A stretch of 64,000 bases of DNA from the NCBI GenBank assembly GCA_012295275.1, contig CM022666.1:9548001-9612000 (forward strand), read 5' to 3'. Every line of letters begins with the position of its first letter. The stretch's first letter is position 1. The position numbers were made by a program, and so were the translations under genes. Shown here piece by piece: positions 61,601 through 64,000 of the stretch. The DNA comes from Chrysomallon squamiferum. Its lineage: Eukaryota > Animalia > Mollusca. Under the pieces are notes generated by a model. It saw nothing but the letters and a program-made list of their open reading frames with translations, did no database searches and was not told the origin of the DNA.

Positions 61601-62838
61601 TCAAAACCTGTAAGAATCTAAGAAAGATGACACATTTATATATTTGTGTATGTAACAAGAAGAAAATCTTGAAAGAATTAAATGAGTTTAATCAATCACA
61701 GGTGAAACATTTTTCTGCAACAGAGATTTTATTTTGGAGCAGGTAATAAAAGTCCTACATAAACACAACAAGGTAATTTTCAACTGAAATGAATGTAAGG
61801 AATTTCAGATGAAACAAATTTTTGTGACAAAAAATGTTAATTATGGCCAACTGAAATCACGTCACATTTTGGAAAATATAGAACTATATACACAAGAAAA
61901 TAGATTGGAGTGTGTGTGGATGGACACTGTGATGAAGAATTTCTAATATCTAGAAATACAGAGCTAATTTTGTCAGATGAAAAGCAAGTTTGCATGTTTA
62001 CTCATGTGCCAAGTATAAGTGTCATAGTCCAGTGTGTGAATTTAAAACAAACACATTAGTAGAAGTAACACAACTTCTAAATTGAGAAAGTAGAACACTA
62101 CATGTAATTATTTTATTATTATTACGTGTTTTTTTTTTTTTCATTTCAACACAAACTCACTAGTTTTGTCAGCTGTAAAACACAAATAAAATATGTTTAC
62201 AGCGTAAACTTTACACACACACATGCAACTGCTTCTCTGAGGAATTAAATATAAGCTTCAGCTAGATACAGAAATAGTCCACTCGTGTTAATATTTATTA
62301 AATTTGTCACAAAACTATTTAAACCGTGGTAAAACTCTCCAGTTATTAAACAAAACCCAAATTAAGTTTTTGTTTTAATCTGTGTCATCCTGTCAAAATT
62401 TCAGAATTTCAGAAAGATGACACATTTATATACTTGTATAAAACAAGAAGAAAATCGTGAAAGAATTAAATGAGTGTAACCTATCACAGGTGAAACATTT
62501 TTCTACAACAGAAATTCAATTTTGGAGCAGGTCATATGTCCTATATAAACACAAGACAATTTTCAACTGAAATGTATGAAAGCAGTTTCAAGTGAAACAG
62601 ATTTCAGCAATAACAAATGTTCCTTGTGACAGACAGAAAGCAGATGACACAGTTTGGAAAACTCAGAAGTAGGAATGTGAAAAATCAGATTGGAGGGTTA
62701 TATAGGACAATGTAATGAAGAATTTCAACTATGAGAAGTACACAGTAGTTATGTCAGATGTAAAAAAACGTGACTACATGTTTACTCTTGTGTTAAATGT
62801 GTAGAATACAGAAATAATAGCCATTAAAGGTCAGTATA
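49660..62838 (+). repeat. Higher-order tandem array built from decayed SPRY/B30.2-like coding modules
   Basis: The anchor taagttatataatgtctacattcagc occurs at 49771, 53836 and 58896 (periods 4065 and 5060). The ~490 bp subunits are marked by MEFVRIDTVMK ORFs at 50715, 51209 | 54794, 55284, 55778, 56268 | 59851, 60343. DNA and protein similarity to 29213-29823. Confidence 0.92.
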
Positions 62839-64000
62839 CAGAGTGTCCCAGAAGTCGCGCACCATATACATGTATATAATATTTTTTTTTTTTTTATATT
62901 ACAGATATGGGCGAAAAACTAACAATAAAAGAAAGAGTTAAATTGGTTTTTATGTTTGGAAAACATGGTGCAACATATCGCTCTGTAGCTGAAGAATTCA
63001 ACTGTACTCATCCTGAACAAGAAAAACCATTAAGCCATACTACAGTTTGCCGCTTGATTAAACATTTCAAGAAACAGGTTCAGTTGCTGACCGTGAGAGA
63101 TGTGGACGAAGAAAGAGTGCAACTAATGAAGAAACATCAGCAATGGTTTTAGCAAATGTTGCGAGAAGCCCCGTGAAATCAATAAGGAAAATAAGCCAGG
63201 AGCTAACAATGAGCAAATCATCAATTCATCAGTATTCTTAAGACACATAAATTTCATCCGTACAAAGTTCATCTTGTGCAAGCTCTACATGGCGATGACA
63301 ATGATAGGCGATTAGAGTTCTGTGAATGGGCGTGTAATCACATAGATTCTTCAATATTATTCAGTGATGAAGCAATTTTTCCTAACTGGAATGAGGAAGG
63401 ACATCATCAATCCTACTGGAATGAACCCTTCATCAGGGTACCCTTTGGTCTGGGCTGGAATATGGGAGGAGGAAATTGTTGGCCCTTATTTTTTTAATGT
63501 TGACAATATCACTGGAGAAACTTATTTAGAATTTCTGCAAACCTTTTTGTCTGACTATTTTAAAAATGTTCCTGTAATTCGACAACAAAATTTCTTTTTT
63601 CAGCAAGATGGAGCGCCACCCCACTTTGCTATTTCAGTACGTAACTACCTGAATCAGACTTTCCCTGACTGATGGATTGGGTGAAGAAGTCCTGTGGAGT
63701 GGCCACCTCGATCACCAGATCTGTCACCTCTTGACTATTTTCTTTGGGGACATCTTAAATCTGTTGTTTACCAGAATCGTCCACGAACTCTGAATGATTT
63801 GAAAGATGCAATAACAATTGAAAGTCAAACAATTAGTAGCGAAACCCTCAACAGAGTAAAAAACAGTTTTATAAAGAGAATTGAAGTATGTATCAATGCA
63901 GAGGGCAAGCAATTTGAGCATTTGTTATGATTATTATTAATAAAAATTTTATTCATATGTATCCAAATAAAAATCTTCATGGTGCGTGACTTCTGGGACA
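62839..64000 (+). mobile_element. Tc1/mariner DD41D (rosa/Visitor-type) transposon, near full length, with inactivated transposase (62907-63930)
   Basis: Left TIR TA|cagagtgtcccagaagtcgcgcaccat; right TIR atggtgcgtgacttctgggaca is cut by the window edge. HTH N-terminus, ILFSDEA, FQQDGAPPHF, WPPRSPDLSPLDYFLWG, GKQFEHLL. There are 41 codons between the 2nd and 3rd catalytic Asp. Frameshifts and two TGA stops at Arg-like positions. Confidence 0.95.

Noticed and set aside
49660-62838. CRISPR-like or repeat-spacer array
   Set aside because: Units are hundreds of bp and duplicated whole, with no unique spacers or cas genes. The context is eukaryotic.

Overview
This is very AT-rich, microsatellite-rich eukaryotic DNA. 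An invertebrate, probably a mollusc or other lophotrochozoan, is my inference from gene content and mosaic CpG depletion. Four intact spliced genes can be built by hand: GPR180 (+, 9 exons, 1897-7108), RBMX2 (-, 5 exons, 12686-9676), an mGluR-like class C GPCR (+, 3 exons, 16767-20833) and ZRSR2 (+, 10 exons, 33684-38967). The last exon of an unidentified gene runs in from the left edge. Also present are a B-box/coiled-coil/SPRY-like (TRIM-type) pseudogene (26870-29823), a ~1.7-1.8 kb direct duplication bracketing the GPCR, several DNA transposon fossils (hAT, Tc1/mariner DD41D, MITEs) and a TG/CA low-complexity block. The most unusual structure is a ~13 kb hierarchical tandem array (49660-62838): ~4-5 kb units containing 2-4 copies of a ~490 bp subunit. 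It is built from about 18 decayed copies of the same SPRY/B30.2-like exon found in the TRIM pseudogene. All gene models and family calls were made by eye, without database searches.
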